Shown here: in pieces, positions 10,269 through 24,490 of the stretch
Numbering within the stretch: the stretch's first letter is position 1
Layout of the letters: every line of letters begins with the position of its first letter
NCBI GenBank assembly: GCA_041602815.1
Contig: JBFIFO010000001.1
Coordinates: 14,303 to 78,302, forward strand
From: Alphaproteobacteria bacterium
Lineage (GTDB): Bacteria; Pseudomonadota; Alphaproteobacteria; UBA8366; JADFVY01
DNA length: 64,000 bases
Direction: 5' to 3'
Program-made: the position numbers and the translations under genes
The notes under the pieces: generated by a model
Seen by the model: the letters and a program-made list of their open reading frames with translations, nothing else
What the model was told of the DNA's origin: nothing
Databases searched by the model: none

Positions 10269-10670
10269 ATGAATATTGGACAAGCGGCGAGGCAGTCGAA
10301 TGTGAGTGCCAAGACGATCCGCTATTACGAGAGCATCGGCCTGATCGCACCGGCCAGCCGCACGGAAAGCGGTTACCGGACCTACAGCGAAAAAGACGTG
10401 CAGACTCTCAGCTTCATCCACCATGCCCGGAACCTGGGGTTCAGCGTCAAGGACGTGTCGATGCTGCTGGATCTGTGGCGCGACCAGAAACGTGCCAGCG
10501 CCGACGTGAAGGCGCTGGCCACGGCCCATATCGCCGCAGTCGACCGCAAGATCGAGGAGCTGCAGCGGATGCGGGATACGCTGCTGGATCTGACGCATCG
10601 CTGCCACGGCGACGACCGGCCGGACTGCCCGATCCTCGAAGGGCTGGCCGGCCAACTGGTCGATGCCTGA
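10269..10670 (+). CDS. cueR: Cu(I)-responsive MerR-family regulator (CueR/HmrR)
   Basis: The MerR HTH is MNIGQAARQSNVSAKTIRYYESIGL. A dimerisation helix follows, and the C-terminal metal loop is C-x7-C (CHGDDRPDC), as in CueR. Confidence 0.9.
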   Translation: MNIGQAARQSNVSAKTIRYYESIGLIAPASRTESGYRTYSEKDVQTLSFIHHARNLGFSVKDVSMLLDLWRDQKRASADVKALATAHIAAVDRKIEELQRMRDTLLDLTHRCHGDDRPDCPILEGLAGQLVDA

Positions 10671-10744
10671 CAGGCATCGTCGGAAAAACGCAAGATCTCA
10701 ACGATTTTGAAACGGTTGGCCGGTAACGCTTTCCCCGTTACCCT

Positions 10745-12418
10745 GTGGGATGCGGGATATGCGAGGGCGGGATATGCGAGGGAATGATGCGGCGTAATAG
10801 TGCCCCAGGGCCGATCGGCCGCCGGCGGAGGATCCGCCGGCGCCGGCGTGCGATTGCGCCGGCCGCGCCATCGGTATTCCGGCGCGGCAGGCTGCGGCGG
10901 CGCCTCCTGCCGCTGACCGCGTTTGCGAGGGCGATTGCGCGCCGTGCGGGCGCGCTCGGCCACCACCTCGCCGGTTCCTTGGCATCGATCCGGGTTCGCG
11001 AATCCTGCCGCGAACTGACCGCTCGCGGGTGGTCCGCCTGTACGCGGTTCTTCGAGCAGGCCGCGGCTCGGCTCATATTCGCACGCCGCCAGCTGGCGGG
11101 ACCGGCAGCCCGCTTCTACCTCGCATGCCACCGCGTGGCGCAGCGGATCGCGCACATTCGCCTGCCGGAAATCCCGGGCCGCGATCCCGTCATATTCGGC
11201 ACCGCGGTCGGCATCGCGGTCATTGCCTTCGCGGGCCTCGTCGTCCTGGTCGGACACGCGCTGCGCGATCGCGGCCCGGCGCCGCAGGACGTTGCCGTCG
11301 TCACGGCGGATCGTCCGGTCCCGGGTCCGGATCGCCGCCCCACGGCGATGCCGGAATGGACCGAAAGATCACCCGCGGACTTCGAATCGCAGACGCCGCC
11401 GCAAGGGCGTGGTTTGACACGTGGCATCGTCGAGCCGGCACCCGGTGTTCCTGTGGCACGCGATGGCGGGGCGACCGACGAGGACGAAAACCTGGCGGCG
11501 GCGTTGCCTCTGCTCGACCTGCCCGACGGCCGTCACCGCGACGGCGTTGCGAGAGGGCCCGAGCGCCCGCCGTCGCCGGATTCGCCGTACCGGCATGACG
11601 GACAGCCCCCGGTGCCCTCTGTTCGTCCGCAATGGCTCGCCAACGCGGTCGAGACCGAACACGTGCCGGGCCGGCGTCCTATGGTTTCGATCGTCATTGA
11701 CGATGCCGGTGTCGCCCAGGCGCGGACCGCGCGGGCCATCGAGCTGCCGGCGCCGCTCACTATCGCCTTCATCCCCTACAGCCGGAACCTGGAGCAGCAG
11801 ACGCGCCAGGCGCGCGAGAACGGCCATGAACTCCTGCTGCATATCCCGATGGAGCCGGGTAGCGACACCGTCGACCCCGGTCCGAACGCCTTGCTTACGA
11901 CGCTCGACGAAGACGAGATCATGCGCCGGTTCCGCTGGGCGTTGTCGCAGTTCGACGGCTATGTCGGGGTCAACAACCATATGGGCAGCAAATTCATGGC
12001 ACGGGCCGACCTGGTGGAGCCGCTGCTGACCGAAATGAACGCCCGCGGCCTGATGTTCCTCGACTCGCGGACCGACAGCAGGACCGTCGGTGCCGAACTG
12101 GCCCGCGGCATGGAGCTGCCCCATGCCAGCCGGCAGGTCTTCCTCGACAACGAGCTCGACGCCGACAGCATCCTGGCACAGCTTGCGGTGCTGGAACGCG
12201 TCGCACGGCAGCGCGGCCACGCCATTGCCATCGGTCATCCGCACGATGTGACCGTCGACGTTCTGGCGGAGTGGATTCCGGCAGCCCGGGCACGTGGACT
12301 CGACCTCGTGCCGGTCAGCGCCATCGTCAAGCTCGAGTATGGCGCCGATGCGGGAAGCCAGCTAGCCGCGGCCGCCGGCAGCGGCAAAGCGAACGGCCTC
12401 CTCGGCAGCCCGCAGTAA
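10745..12418 (+). CDS. Divergent polysaccharide deacetylase family protein (YibQ-like); start uncertain
   Basis: The C-terminal ~250 aa (VSIVIDDAG...IPYS...LLHIPMEP...NNHMGS...FLDSRT...IAIGHPH) match the YibQ/DUF610 fold. It is preceded by one TM helix and an Arg-rich N-region. Third-position GC stays high throughout, so the long ORF may be real. Alternative starts are at 10784/10787 or the GTG at 11135. Confidence 0.75.
   Translation: MGCGICEGGICEGMMRRNSAPGPIGRRRRIRRRRRAIAPAAPSVFRRGRLRRRLLPLTAFARAIARRAGALGHHLAGSLASIRVRESCRELTARGWSACTRFFEQAAARLIFARRQLAGPAARFYLACHRVAQRIAHIRLPEIPGRDPVIFGTAVGIAVIAFAGLVVLVGHALRDRGPAPQDVAVVTADRPVPGPDRRPTAMPEWTERSPADFESQTPPQGRGLTRGIVEPAPGVPVARDGGATDEDENLAAALPLLDLPDGRHRDGVARGPERPPSPDSPYRHDGQPPVPSVRPQWLANAVETEHVPGRRPMVSIVIDDAGVAQARTARAIELPAPLTIAFIPYSRNLEQQTRQARENGHELLLHIPMEPGSDTVDPGPNALLTTLDEDEIMRRFRWALSQFDGYVGVNNHMGSKFMARADLVEPLLTEMNARGLMFLDSRTDSRTVGAELARGMELPHASRQVFLDNELDADSILAQLAVLERVARQRGHAIAIGHPHDVTVDVLAEWIPAARARGLDLVPVSAIVKLEYGADAGSQLAAAAGSGKANGLLGSPQ
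10752..10781 (+). repeat. Perfect 15-bp tandem duplication (GCGGGATATGCGAGG x2)
   Basis: Read directly from the sequence: 10752-10766 equals 10767-10781. It lies at the extreme 5' end of the yibQ-like ORF (translating as GICEG-GICEG), or just upstream of its real start. Confidence 0.9.
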
Positions 12419-13876
12419 GGCACGGGCCTTGTTGCAGCTTTCCTGGAATTCGCTTTCCGGATTGCTGTCATACACGATCCCGCCGCCGGCCTGGACATAC
12501 ATCCTGCCATCCTTGACCACTGCGGTGCGCAGCGCGATGCAGGTGTCCATATCCCCGTTGGCGCCGAAATAGCCGATGCATCCGGCATAGACGCCGCGCC
12601 GGTCCGGTTCCAACTCGTCGATGATCTCCATCGCGCGGACCTTCGGCGCGCCGGAGACGGTCCCGGCGGGAAATCCCGCGGCGAGGGCCTGGAGGGCATC
12701 GAATTCCGGCGCGATGTCGCCTTCCACGTTGGAGACGATGTGCATGACGTGGGAGTAGTACTCGACGGTCATCTGCTCGGTCACCGTAACGCTGCCGACG
12801 CTTGCGACCCGGCCGACGTCGTTGCGTCCCAGATCGAGCAGCATCAGGTGTTCGGCCAGTTCCTTGGGATCGGACAGCAGGTCCGCGGCCAGTGCCTTGT
12901 CTTCGGCGGCGTCCTTGCCGCGCGGCCGCGTGCCGGCGATCGGCCGGATGGTGACCTTGCCGTCGCGCAGACGTACCAGGATTTCGGGGCTCGATCCGAC
13001 GATGCTGAACGACCCGAAATCGAGATAGAACAGGAACGGAGATGGGTTGAGGCGGCGCAACGACCTGTACAGCGCGAAGGGCGGCAATGCGAACGGCACC
13101 TCGAACCGTTGCGACAGGACGACCTGAAAGATATCGCCGGCCAGGATGTATTCCTGGGCCGCTTCGATCATGGAGCGGAACTCCGCGGGCGTCATGTTCG
13201 ATGTGGGCTCGGCCGGCTCGGCCGTAATCGTGCCCGGCTCCCGCCGATAGGGCAGCGATCGCTCGAAGTCGGCCACGGTGTCGGCAAGCCGCTCCAGCGC
13301 GCCGCGCCATGCGGTCTCGGCGTCGACACCCGGTTGCGGACGGACGGGTGTGATCACGGTGACGAGGTCTTCGATGGTGTCGAAGACAGCGATCACGGTC
13401 GGGCGCACGAACAGTCCATCCGGCACATCGATGATCCGGGGGTTGCCCTCCGGCAGCCGTTCCATCAGCCGGACCATGTCGTAACTCATGTAGCCGACCA
13501 GCCCCGCGGCCATTGGCGGCATGTCGTCGGGCAGCTGGATCGCCGATTCCTCGAGCAGCGCTCGGAGCGACTCCAGTGCGCTGCCGTCGCATGGCTCGAA
13601 CGCATCCTCATCGAACCGGGCATCGCGATTGATCTCTGCCTTGTCTCCGAAACAGCGCCAGATCAAATCGGGTTTCAGGCCGATGAATGAATACCGTCCG
13701 CGGATCGATCCGCCCTCCACCGATTCCAGCAGGAAACTGTTCGGTTTTCCGTCAGCCAGCTTGAGCATGGCCGAAACGGGTGTCTCGAGATCCGCGATCA
13801 GCGACGTCGACACAACCTGCGGTCTGCCGGCGGCGTAGACGCGTTCAAACTCCGCAAAGGCCGGCTTGACGATCAT
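12362..13876 (-). CDS. trpE: Anthranilate synthase component I
   Basis: 504 aa containing chorismate-binding enzyme motifs (LDLGRNDVGRV, GAPKVRAMEIIDELE, YAGCIGYF). Confidence 0.96.
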   Translation of the reverse strand: MIVKPAFAEFERVYAAGRPQVVSTSLIADLETPVSAMLKLADGKPNSFLLESVEGGSIRGRYSFIGLKPDLIWRCFGDKAEINRDARFDEDAFEPCDGSALESLRALLEESAIQLPDDMPPMAAGLVGYMSYDMVRLMERLPEGNPRIIDVPDGLFVRPTVIAVFDTIEDLVTVITPVRPQPGVDAETAWRGALERLADTVADFERSLPYRREPGTITAEPAEPTSNMTPAEFRSMIEAAQEYILAGDIFQVVLSQRFEVPFALPPFALYRSLRRLNPSPFLFYLDFGSFSIVGSSPEILVRLRDGKVTIRPIAGTRPRGKDAAEDKALAADLLSDPKELAEHLMLLDLGRNDVGRVASVGSVTVTEQMTVEYYSHVMHIVSNVEGDIAPEFDALQALAAGFPAGTVSGAPKVRAMEIIDELEPDRRGVYAGCIGYFGANGDMDTCIALRTAVVKDGRMYVQAGGGIVYDSNPESEFQESCNKARALLRAAEEAVRFAAAGGRG

Positions 13877-13883
13877 TGCCGCG

Positions 13884-15752
13884 CTAGAAGCGGTTGAGGG
13901 CGGCCCGGTCGACCTCCACCCCGAAACGCTGCCGGACGCTGTTGTTGAACTGGATCACCACGTCGCCGATCATCTGGTTGGCCAGGATGGTGGGCAACTC
14001 GCCGGGTTTCGACGGATCGGCCGGCTCGATGGACTTGAGCTGGGCGACGGTAATTCCGTCCAAAGCCTCGTCCATGGCGGCCTGTCCGGCCCGGATATTG
14101 AAGATGTCGCCGGCCAGCAGCGGCGTGATGCGCGGCGATTCCGCGCCGTTGCCACGCCGATCAAACGGTTTGCTCTCGTTCACGACTAGTCCGTCCGCGG
14201 CGGCAACGTCCGACAGCGCCTCGCCGTTCTCGACACGCGCGACGATCGCAAGGGCACGCTCCCGGGCCACCTCGCGACGACGCTCCTCCTTCCACAGGGC
14301 GGCAACCTCATCGCGGACGTCGTCGAGCGGACGCAAGGCCGACGGCACGACTTCGTCGACCCGCAAGAGGTAGTAGTCGCCCTCGGGAAGCTGGGTGACA
14401 TAGCTCAGCTCACCACTGATGGTCAGGAATGCGGTGTCGAGGAAATCCCCGCCCGGCAGGTTCTCGGCCAGCTCGCCATCGACTCCGGCACCACCGACGT
14501 CGATCAGGCCCGTCTTCCGTACCGGCACGGCAAGCGCCGCCCCGGCCTCCTCGAGCGTCGCCCCGCCGGCCAGCTCGTCCTCCAGCGCCCGCGACAGGCG
14601 CCAGAGCACGTCACCCGTTTGTTCGGCTTTCAATTCTTCCTCGATGCGGGTGCGCGCGTCATCGAAGGGTGTGACGGATTCGGGTACGATGGCGGTGACC
14701 CGTAAGATGTGCCAGCCGAACGGCGACTCCCGGGGTTTCGACACTTCCCCCTCGGCCAACTCGGCGATGGAATCCCATAGCTCGGGCATCGGAAACGCCG
14801 CTGCGCTGTAGGTGCCGAGTTCAAGATCCGCCGCATCCAGGTCGGCGAACTGCTTGGCGACACTTTCGAACGTACGACCTTCACGCAGGGCACCGGACGC
14901 CTGCTTCGCCGCCGCCTCAGCAGGCACAAGAATCTGTTGTACCGTCCGGGTCTCGGGCTCGGTGTAGGCTGCAAGATTCTCTTCGTAGCGCTGCCGCAAC
15001 TGCTCGTCGGTGACGACGATCTCCTTTTCCGCAACTTCCCGGCTGAGATGCAGGAAGCTCAAGCGCCGCCGCTCCGGTGCGGTGAAACGCTCGGCTTGTT
15101 CCTGGTACAACGTCTCGAGTGCCGCCGCGTCGGGTTCGCCGACATCCAGATCCGCGTCCACCGGTACGGTCACGTAGGTGGCCACGTGCTTCTCGCCGCG
15201 CCATTGATGCAGCGTCTTCACCAGCGCGTCAGGCGCCTTGTCGGAGAAGTCCAGACTGTTGAGGATCTGGCGCCGCAGGATATCGCGCCGCACGTCGGCG
15301 ACGAACTGCCCCTCGGAGATCCCCGACTGGCTGAGAATGAACTCGTAGCGCGAGCGACTGAAGCGCCCGGTTTCGTCGAAGAAGGACGGTTCTTCTGCGA
15401 TCACCCTGCGCACGATATCGTCGCTGGCCGCCAAACCGAGCCATTCGCCGCTCGCCTCATAAACCCGAGCCGAGATCAACCGGTCGAGAATCTGGTCGAG
15501 AAGTCCCAGGCTGCGCGCCTGTTCCGAGGTAAGCTCGATGCCCTGCGCGCGAAACCGATTGAGTTCCCGCTGGAACGCCGCCGACAGTTCAGCCGCGGAA
15601 ATCGAGACGTCGCCGACGGTGGCGACGGCATCGTCCTGCTGGGCCTGGGTGATGTAGTCGGTCACGCCCCACGCCGCGAAACTGATGATCAGCAAGACGA
15701 CGAGTAGCTTGGCAACGAGGCTTGCGGCGGAGGTACGAAGCTGCTGAAGCAT
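13884..15752 (-). CDS. ppiD: Periplasmic chaperone / peptidyl-prolyl isomerase PpiD-like (SurA N-domain protein)
   Basis: An N-terminal membrane anchor (MLQQLRTSAASLVAKLLVVLLIISFAAWGV) is followed by SurA-like and parvulin-like regions. I trimmed the start from 15884 to the Met before the anchor. Confidence 0.85.
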   Translation of the reverse strand: MLQQLRTSAASLVAKLLVVLLIISFAAWGVTDYITQAQQDDAVATVGDVSISAAELSAAFQRELNRFRAQGIELTSEQARSLGLLDQILDRLISARVYEASGEWLGLAASDDIVRRVIAEEPSFFDETGRFSRSRYEFILSQSGISEGQFVADVRRDILRRQILNSLDFSDKAPDALVKTLHQWRGEKHVATYVTVPVDADLDVGEPDAAALETLYQEQAERFTAPERRRLSFLHLSREVAEKEIVVTDEQLRQRYEENLAAYTEPETRTVQQILVPAEAAAKQASGALREGRTFESVAKQFADLDAADLELGTYSAAAFPMPELWDSIAELAEGEVSKPRESPFGWHILRVTAIVPESVTPFDDARTRIEEELKAEQTGDVLWRLSRALEDELAGGATLEEAGAALAVPVRKTGLIDVGGAGVDGELAENLPGGDFLDTAFLTISGELSYVTQLPEGDYYLLRVDEVVPSALRPLDDVRDEVAALWKEERRREVARERALAIVARVENGEALSDVAAADGLVVNESKPFDRRGNGAESPRITPLLAGDIFNIRAGQAAMDEALDGITVAQLKSIEPADPSKPGELPTILANQMIGDVVIQFNNSVRQRFGVEVDRAALNRF

Positions 15753-15961
15753 GGGCGGACCCGGTGATAGCGGTGATGATCTCGAGAATACGCGCGGCCG
15801 GCCGCGCGGCGCGGCATCATAAAGGTGCACGGGTGGGCATCGCAACAGGCAATCCGCCAGCGAAACACCCGCCGATATGGCCAAGCGCCTGACCGCATGT
15901 TAAGGCAGGTGTGGCGCCGGAACACCGGCGCGATGTTGCGAACCGAGGAAGGAGCAGAAGC

Positions 15962-16711
15962 ATGCCCAGCCGCATCCCGCTGATTGCCGGAAACTGGAAG
16001 ATGAACGGACTGCGGACCGACTCAGTTTCTCTCGCCCGCGCCGTCGCCGCCGGTTCCGTTCAGGGATGCGATTTGCTCATCTGCCCTCCGGCGGTCCTGA
16101 TCCCGCCGGTCGCAGATGCACTTGCCGGGAGCGCCGTCGCGCTGGGTGCCCAGGACTGCCATTTCGCGGAGGCCGGAGCGCACACCGGCGACATCGCCGC
16201 ACCCATGCTCGCCGACGCGGGCTGCAGTCATGTCATTCTTGGCCATTCCGAGCGCCGCGCCGATCATGGCGAGGACGATGCGCTGGTTCGAGCCAAGACC
16301 ACGGCTGCGCATGCCGCAGGGCTGGTCGCCATCGTCTGCGTCGGCGAGACCCTGGACGAGCGGGACGCCGGCCGGACGCTGGCGCGGATCGGCAGTCAGG
16401 TCGAGCTATCGCTGCCCGACGATGCCACCGCCGAAAACACCGTGATCGCGTACGAGCCGGTCTGGGCGATCGGGACCGGTCGCACGCCGACCGCGGACGA
16501 CGTCGCCGAGGTTCATACGCACATCCGTGGCCAGATCGCTGCGCGATTCGGTCCTGAGGTCGCGGACGGGATGCGAATTCTGTACGGCGGATCGATGAAG
16601 CCGTCGAATGCCGATGCGCTGCTCGCCATCGACGGGGTCGATGGGGGATTGATCGGCGGTGCCAGCCTGAATGCACAGGATTTCCTCGCGATCGCGACGA
16701 GCTGTCCGTGA
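15962..16711 (+). CDS. tpiA: Triosephosphate isomerase
   Basis: Motifs [15 protein letters not shown] and [11 protein letters not shown] are present. The ATG at 15962 is preceded by GGAAGGAG. Confidence 0.96.
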   Translation: MPSRIPLIAGNWKMNGLRTDSVSLARAVAAGSVQGCDLLICPPAVLIPPVADALAGSAVALGAQDCHFAEAGAHTGDIAAPMLADAGCSHVILGHSERRADHGEDDALVRAKTTAAHAAGLVAIVCVGETLDERDAGRTLARIGSQVELSLPDDATAENTVIAYEPVWAIGTGRTPTADDVAEVHTHIRGQIAARFGPEVADGMRILYGGSMKPSNADALLAIDGVDGGLIGGASLNAQDFLAIATSCP

Positions 16712-16860
16712 CGGCGGTGGGTTCCGCACTGGTCGGCGCACGGCACCGAAAGATGGCGCTGGCAATCCGGCACATGACTCGCTAAATAAGCCGCGAGCGC
16801 GGCCGGACCGGGCAAGAAGCTCCGCCCGCTTTCTTATAACCGCTGGCCCCGGGAAGTTTT

Positions 16861-18943
<2,083 letters not shown>

Positions 18944-18965
18944 CCGGGTGTGAGCGGGACCGATC

Positions 18966-21118
<2,153 letters not shown>

Positions 21119-21232
21119 CAGAACGCCTAATACGAGTCTTGGCACTCCATCGATACAGCCTAAGGAATCATATTGTAATTAAAGACTCTTTTTTCGTTGA
21201 CGTGCGACTCGGCCCTGTGATTCTCTCATTGC

Positions 21233-21556
21233 ATGGCTGTGATTCGCGAGCTTCGTCGACAGGCCCGGCAGATTCTTGCCTCGTTGCTGGGCATCGCTGT
21301 GATTGGCTACTTTGCCTATCACGCGGTCGATGGCGAACGCGGCCTGCGCAGTTATGTTGCCCTTCGACATCAGATCGAGCTGGCTCGCGCCGAGCGGGAC
21401 AGTGCGCGAGAAGAGCACCAGTCCATCGAACGCCGCGTCGCTGCATTGCGGCCCGGTTCGCTTGACCTCGACGTACTTGACCAACGCGCCCGTCAATTGC
21501 TCAACCTCGTGCACGAAGACGATTTCGTGATCCAGTTGCCACAGCCGCAACGCTGA
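21233..21556 (+). CDS. ftsB: Septum formation initiator (FtsB/DivIC family)
   Basis: 107 aa with an N-terminal TM helix and a coiled coil, in the conserved position between eno and pdhA in Alphaproteobacteria. Confidence 0.8.
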   Translation: MAVIRELRRQARQILASLLGIAVIGYFAYHAVDGERGLRSYVALRHQIELARAERDSAREEHQSIERRVAALRPGSLDLDVLDQRARQLLNLVHEDDFVIQLPQPQR

Positions 21557-21843
21557 TGTGGCGGTAACCGGCGCCACGGCCCGCCGGACGTTGAATTTCG
21601 GCTCCGCAAGACCGGGCTCTTTCAAAACTGGGAGCCGCCGGCAGTTGTGCCGGCGCGCTTTCTGCCGGCCCGGGTAAAACGACTGGTTGGTTTGGCAGAT
21701 GAACCGATATATGGTTAATTAGATAATTGTCATTTTAAAACAATAAGTTACAAAGAACTTGATAAAATTCTCAGGGAAACCTACGTTGCGCCCCGCAATC
21801 AAACCTTGACGCGTCCGCGACCAAGACAGACCGGGAGGATCGC

Positions 21844-22860
21844 ATGGCAAAGGCCTCTGCCAGGCGCAAGCCGCGTGGCAAACCGCAGCCGTCACCCGCG
21901 GCCGGCGAAGAGCTTCTCAAATACTACCGTGACATGCTCTTGATCCGCCGGTTCGAGGAAAAGGCGGGCCAGCTATACGGTATGGGGCTGATCGGCGGCT
22001 TCTGCCATCTGTACATCGGGCAGGAGGCGGTGGTCGTAGGTGTCCAGTCGGCGTGTCGGCCGGAGGACGCGGTGGTGACGAGCTATCGCGACCATGGTCA
22101 CATGCTGGCCTGCGGCATGGAGCCGCGCGGTGTCATGGCGGAGCTGACCGGCCGTTCCGGCGGCTACTCGAAGGGCAAGGGCGGGTCGATGCATATGTTC
22201 AGCCGCGAGAAGAATTTTTATGGCGGGCATGGAATCGTCGCCGCACAGGTACCGATCGGCACCGGTATCGCCTTCGCCTTTCAGTACCGCGGGACCGACA
22301 ACATCTGCGCCACCTATTTTGGCGACGGCGCGGTCAACCAGGGCCAGGTCTACGAGTCCTTCAACATGGCCGCGCTCTGGAAACTGCCCGTCCTGTACGT
22401 GATCGAAAACAACAAATACGGCATGGGCACCGCCGTCGAGCGTGCCTCGGCGAGCACCGACCTCTGTCTGCGCGGCAAGGCCTACGGCATCCCCGGCGAA
22501 GCGGTCGACGGCATGGATGTCTCCGCGATGCGGGCCGCGGCGGAAAAGGCGATCAACCACTGTCGCGCCGGAAAGGGTCCATACATCCTGGAAGCGCTGA
22601 CGTACCGGTATCGCGGCCATTCGATGTCCGATCCGGCGAAATACCGGACCAAGGAGGAGGTCCAGAAAATTCGCAGCGAGCGCGACCCGATCGATCTTCT
22701 GCGCGAGCGCATTCTCGAGGGCGGCCATGCCGACGAGGCGGCGCTGAAACAGATCGATCGCGAGGTCAAGGACATCATCGCAGATGCCGCGGCGTTCGCC
22801 CAGGAAAGCCCTGAACCCGACCCGTCGGAACTGTGGACCGACGTTCTCGTCGAGGCGTGA
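21844..22860 (+). CDS. pdhA: Pyruvate dehydrogenase E1 alpha subunit
   Basis: A TPP-dependent E1 alpha (GFCHLYIGQEA, YRYRGHSMSDP). Confidence 0.96.
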   Translation: MAKASARRKPRGKPQPSPAAGEELLKYYRDMLLIRRFEEKAGQLYGMGLIGGFCHLYIGQEAVVVGVQSACRPEDAVVTSYRDHGHMLACGMEPRGVMAELTGRSGGYSKGKGGSMHMFSREKNFYGGHGIVAAQVPIGTGIAFAFQYRGTDNICATYFGDGAVNQGQVYESFNMAALWKLPVLYVIENNKYGMGTAVERASASTDLCLRGKAYGIPGEAVDGMDVSAMRAAAEKAINHCRAGKGPYILEALTYRYRGHSMSDPAKYRTKEEVQKIRSERDPIDLLRERILEGGHADEAALKQIDREVKDIIADAAAFAQESPEPDPSELWTDVLVEA

Positions 22861-22875
22861 CGGAGAGGCCAGACC

Positions 22876-24243
<1,368 letters not shown>

Positions 24244-24259
24244 AGGGGAGGGGGACGAT

Positions 24260-24490
24260 ATGCCGATCGAGATCCTGATGCCGGCGCTGTCGCCGACCAT
24301 GACGGAAGGCAACCTCGCGAAATGGCTCAAGCACGAGGGCGATGCGGTTGCTGCCGGCGACGTGATCGCCGAGATCGAGACCGACAAAGCGACAATGGAA
24401 GTCGAAGCGGTCGACGAGGGGGTGCTGGGGCGAATTCTCGTACCCGACGGGACCGAGGGCGTGGCCGTGAACCAGCCGATCGCCCTGCTC
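24260..24490 (+). repeat. Lipoyl-domain coding repeat, copy 2 (in pdhC)
   Basis: Direct repeat of 22876-23106; see copy 1. Confidence 0.9.

Noticed and set aside
7432-10670. The copZ-copA-cueR module considered as a mobile element or transposon-borne resistance cassette.
   Set aside because: I saw no terminal inverted repeats, IS elements or recombinase genes flanking it. I report it only as a synteny break.
10382-11257. A 291-aa minus-strand ORF overlapping cueR and the 5' part of the yibQ-like gene.
   Set aside because: It has no recognisable domain, and it is antisense to cueR, which has a clear family match. The plus-strand frame shows the expected high third-position GC.
21140-21145. 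TGGCAC hexamers at 21140-21145 and 28949-28954, considered as sigma-54 (-24) promoter elements.
   Set aside because: The required -12 GC element (TTGC) at the correct 4-5 nt spacing is missing in both cases; they read CGAT and TTTT instead.
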